A stretch of 64,000 nt of DNA from Torpedo marmorata (lineage: Eukaryota). Numbering within the stretch: the stretch's first letter is position 1; each line of letters opens with the position of its first letter. Where the stretch lies: the NCBI GenBank assembly GCA_977017645.1, contig OZ360229.1:24304001-24368000 (forward strand). The letters are read 5' to 3'. Under the pieces are notes generated by a model. It was not told where the DNA came from. It did no database searches and saw only the letters and a list, made by a program, of their open reading frames with translations. Below are positions 63,087-64,000 of this stretch, piece by piece. Both the position numbers and the translations under genes were made by a program.

Positions 63087-63301
63087 ACTGGCATCATGGT
63101 TGTACAGACATGGTGGGCCAAAGGGCCGGTTCCTGCACTGTGTTCTATTCCAGGCCTGCATAATAACCTGCATTTTGTATCACTATAGCATAACCTGAAT
63201 TTCCCCGTATGCTGGTTCTTCAGATGTAACGATCAGCATTCTGTCAGACTGTTATATTAGAATGTCAATGACATTTATAGAAATAGTTCTCTGTGGCTAT
63301 C

Positions 63302-63940
63302 TGTAACGGATGTGTTAATGTTAACATTAATATTTAAAGTTAAGTTATCGAATTATATATATTGTTAGTAAGGTTAGTTGTGGGCTGGTACAGGGTCACA
63401 TACAGGTCACAGGACATTTTCAGAAAAACCATTGCACTAAGAGAAAGAATGTTAGCTTGGAGACGCAATGTCTAGGAAGACAAAACCAATGATGAAACAG
63501 AAGTGAATTTTAAGTGATTTCAGGACAATGTGTGGTTCTTAAAAGCATTATGCTAGCAGCTGTTGCAAACTCAAGTGCCATTTGAGTGACATGTGCCAGA
63601 CTTTCTGGAGACATGACCACTTAAACAGAGATGAGGTCAGATGTTTTTATGGATATGGAGTGGGTTTGGAGAAAGGCAAAAGGTTTTGCAGAAATTAAAC
63701 TGAAACTGTGCTGATGTCACAGCACATGAGGTCAGGGAAATATATAATGCAGGCAGAGAGACATTTTGGACAACTCTGAAGGCCTCTGAAGAAATGTGCC
63801 TTTCTGGAAAGACAGAATTTGAAGCAGTGATCTCCGACATAGATAGAGGTGCTGTTTTGTGTATTATCCTTACCATAGGAGATACACCCATATAGTGGCT
63901 TTTAAAATAAGTAAGACTACTCTTGATTAAGAAAGAAATC
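63302..63940 (+). mobile_element. Possible LTR 5' portion
   Basis: Begins TGTAACGG with an AT-rich U3-like start. No second terminus is visible before the L1 insertion and the window edge. Confidence 0.35.
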
Positions 63941-63943
63941 ATC

Positions 63944-64000
63944 TTTTTTTTTGAATATTTTATTTAAAATTTTAAATCACAGAATACATAAAATAAAATA
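63944..64000 (-). mobile_element. L1 3' end running off the window
   Basis: Poly-T followed by ATATTTTATTTAAAATTTTAAATCACAGAATACATAAAAT, as in the other L1 copies. Confidence 0.85.

Overview
This is eukaryotic, repeat-dense DNA with no confidently identifiable host exon. The repeat repertoire (V-SINE/HE1-like SINEs, CR1, Rex1/Babar, fish-type L1, Penelope-like tails) suggests an intron or intergenic region of a cartilaginous fish; the taxon is an inference. The standout object is a very young 6.3-kb BEL/Pao LTR element (2637-8938, minus strand) with LTRs that look identical by eye and a perfect 5-bp TSD. Its single intact 1358-aa ORF is a chimera: a SAFB/SLTM-like SAP domain, an 11-residue coiled-coil repeat, Pao Gag and protease, and then, in place of RT/RNase H/integrase, in-frame rearranged segments resembling the host protein MIPOL1. 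Only a frameshifted integrase tail remains. Its LTR carries a CpG-island-type promoter motif cluster (ZNF143/THAP11, CRE, NRF1). Also present: a decayed CsRn1/Kabuki-type Gypsy element nested in a Tigger-like transposon, an L1 with a probable 3' transduction, Penelope-like tails with minimal hammerhead-like cores, Harbinger-like hairpin MITEs, a solo LTR and candidate conserved non-coding elements. All protein homologies are from recall of family sequences and need database confirmation.
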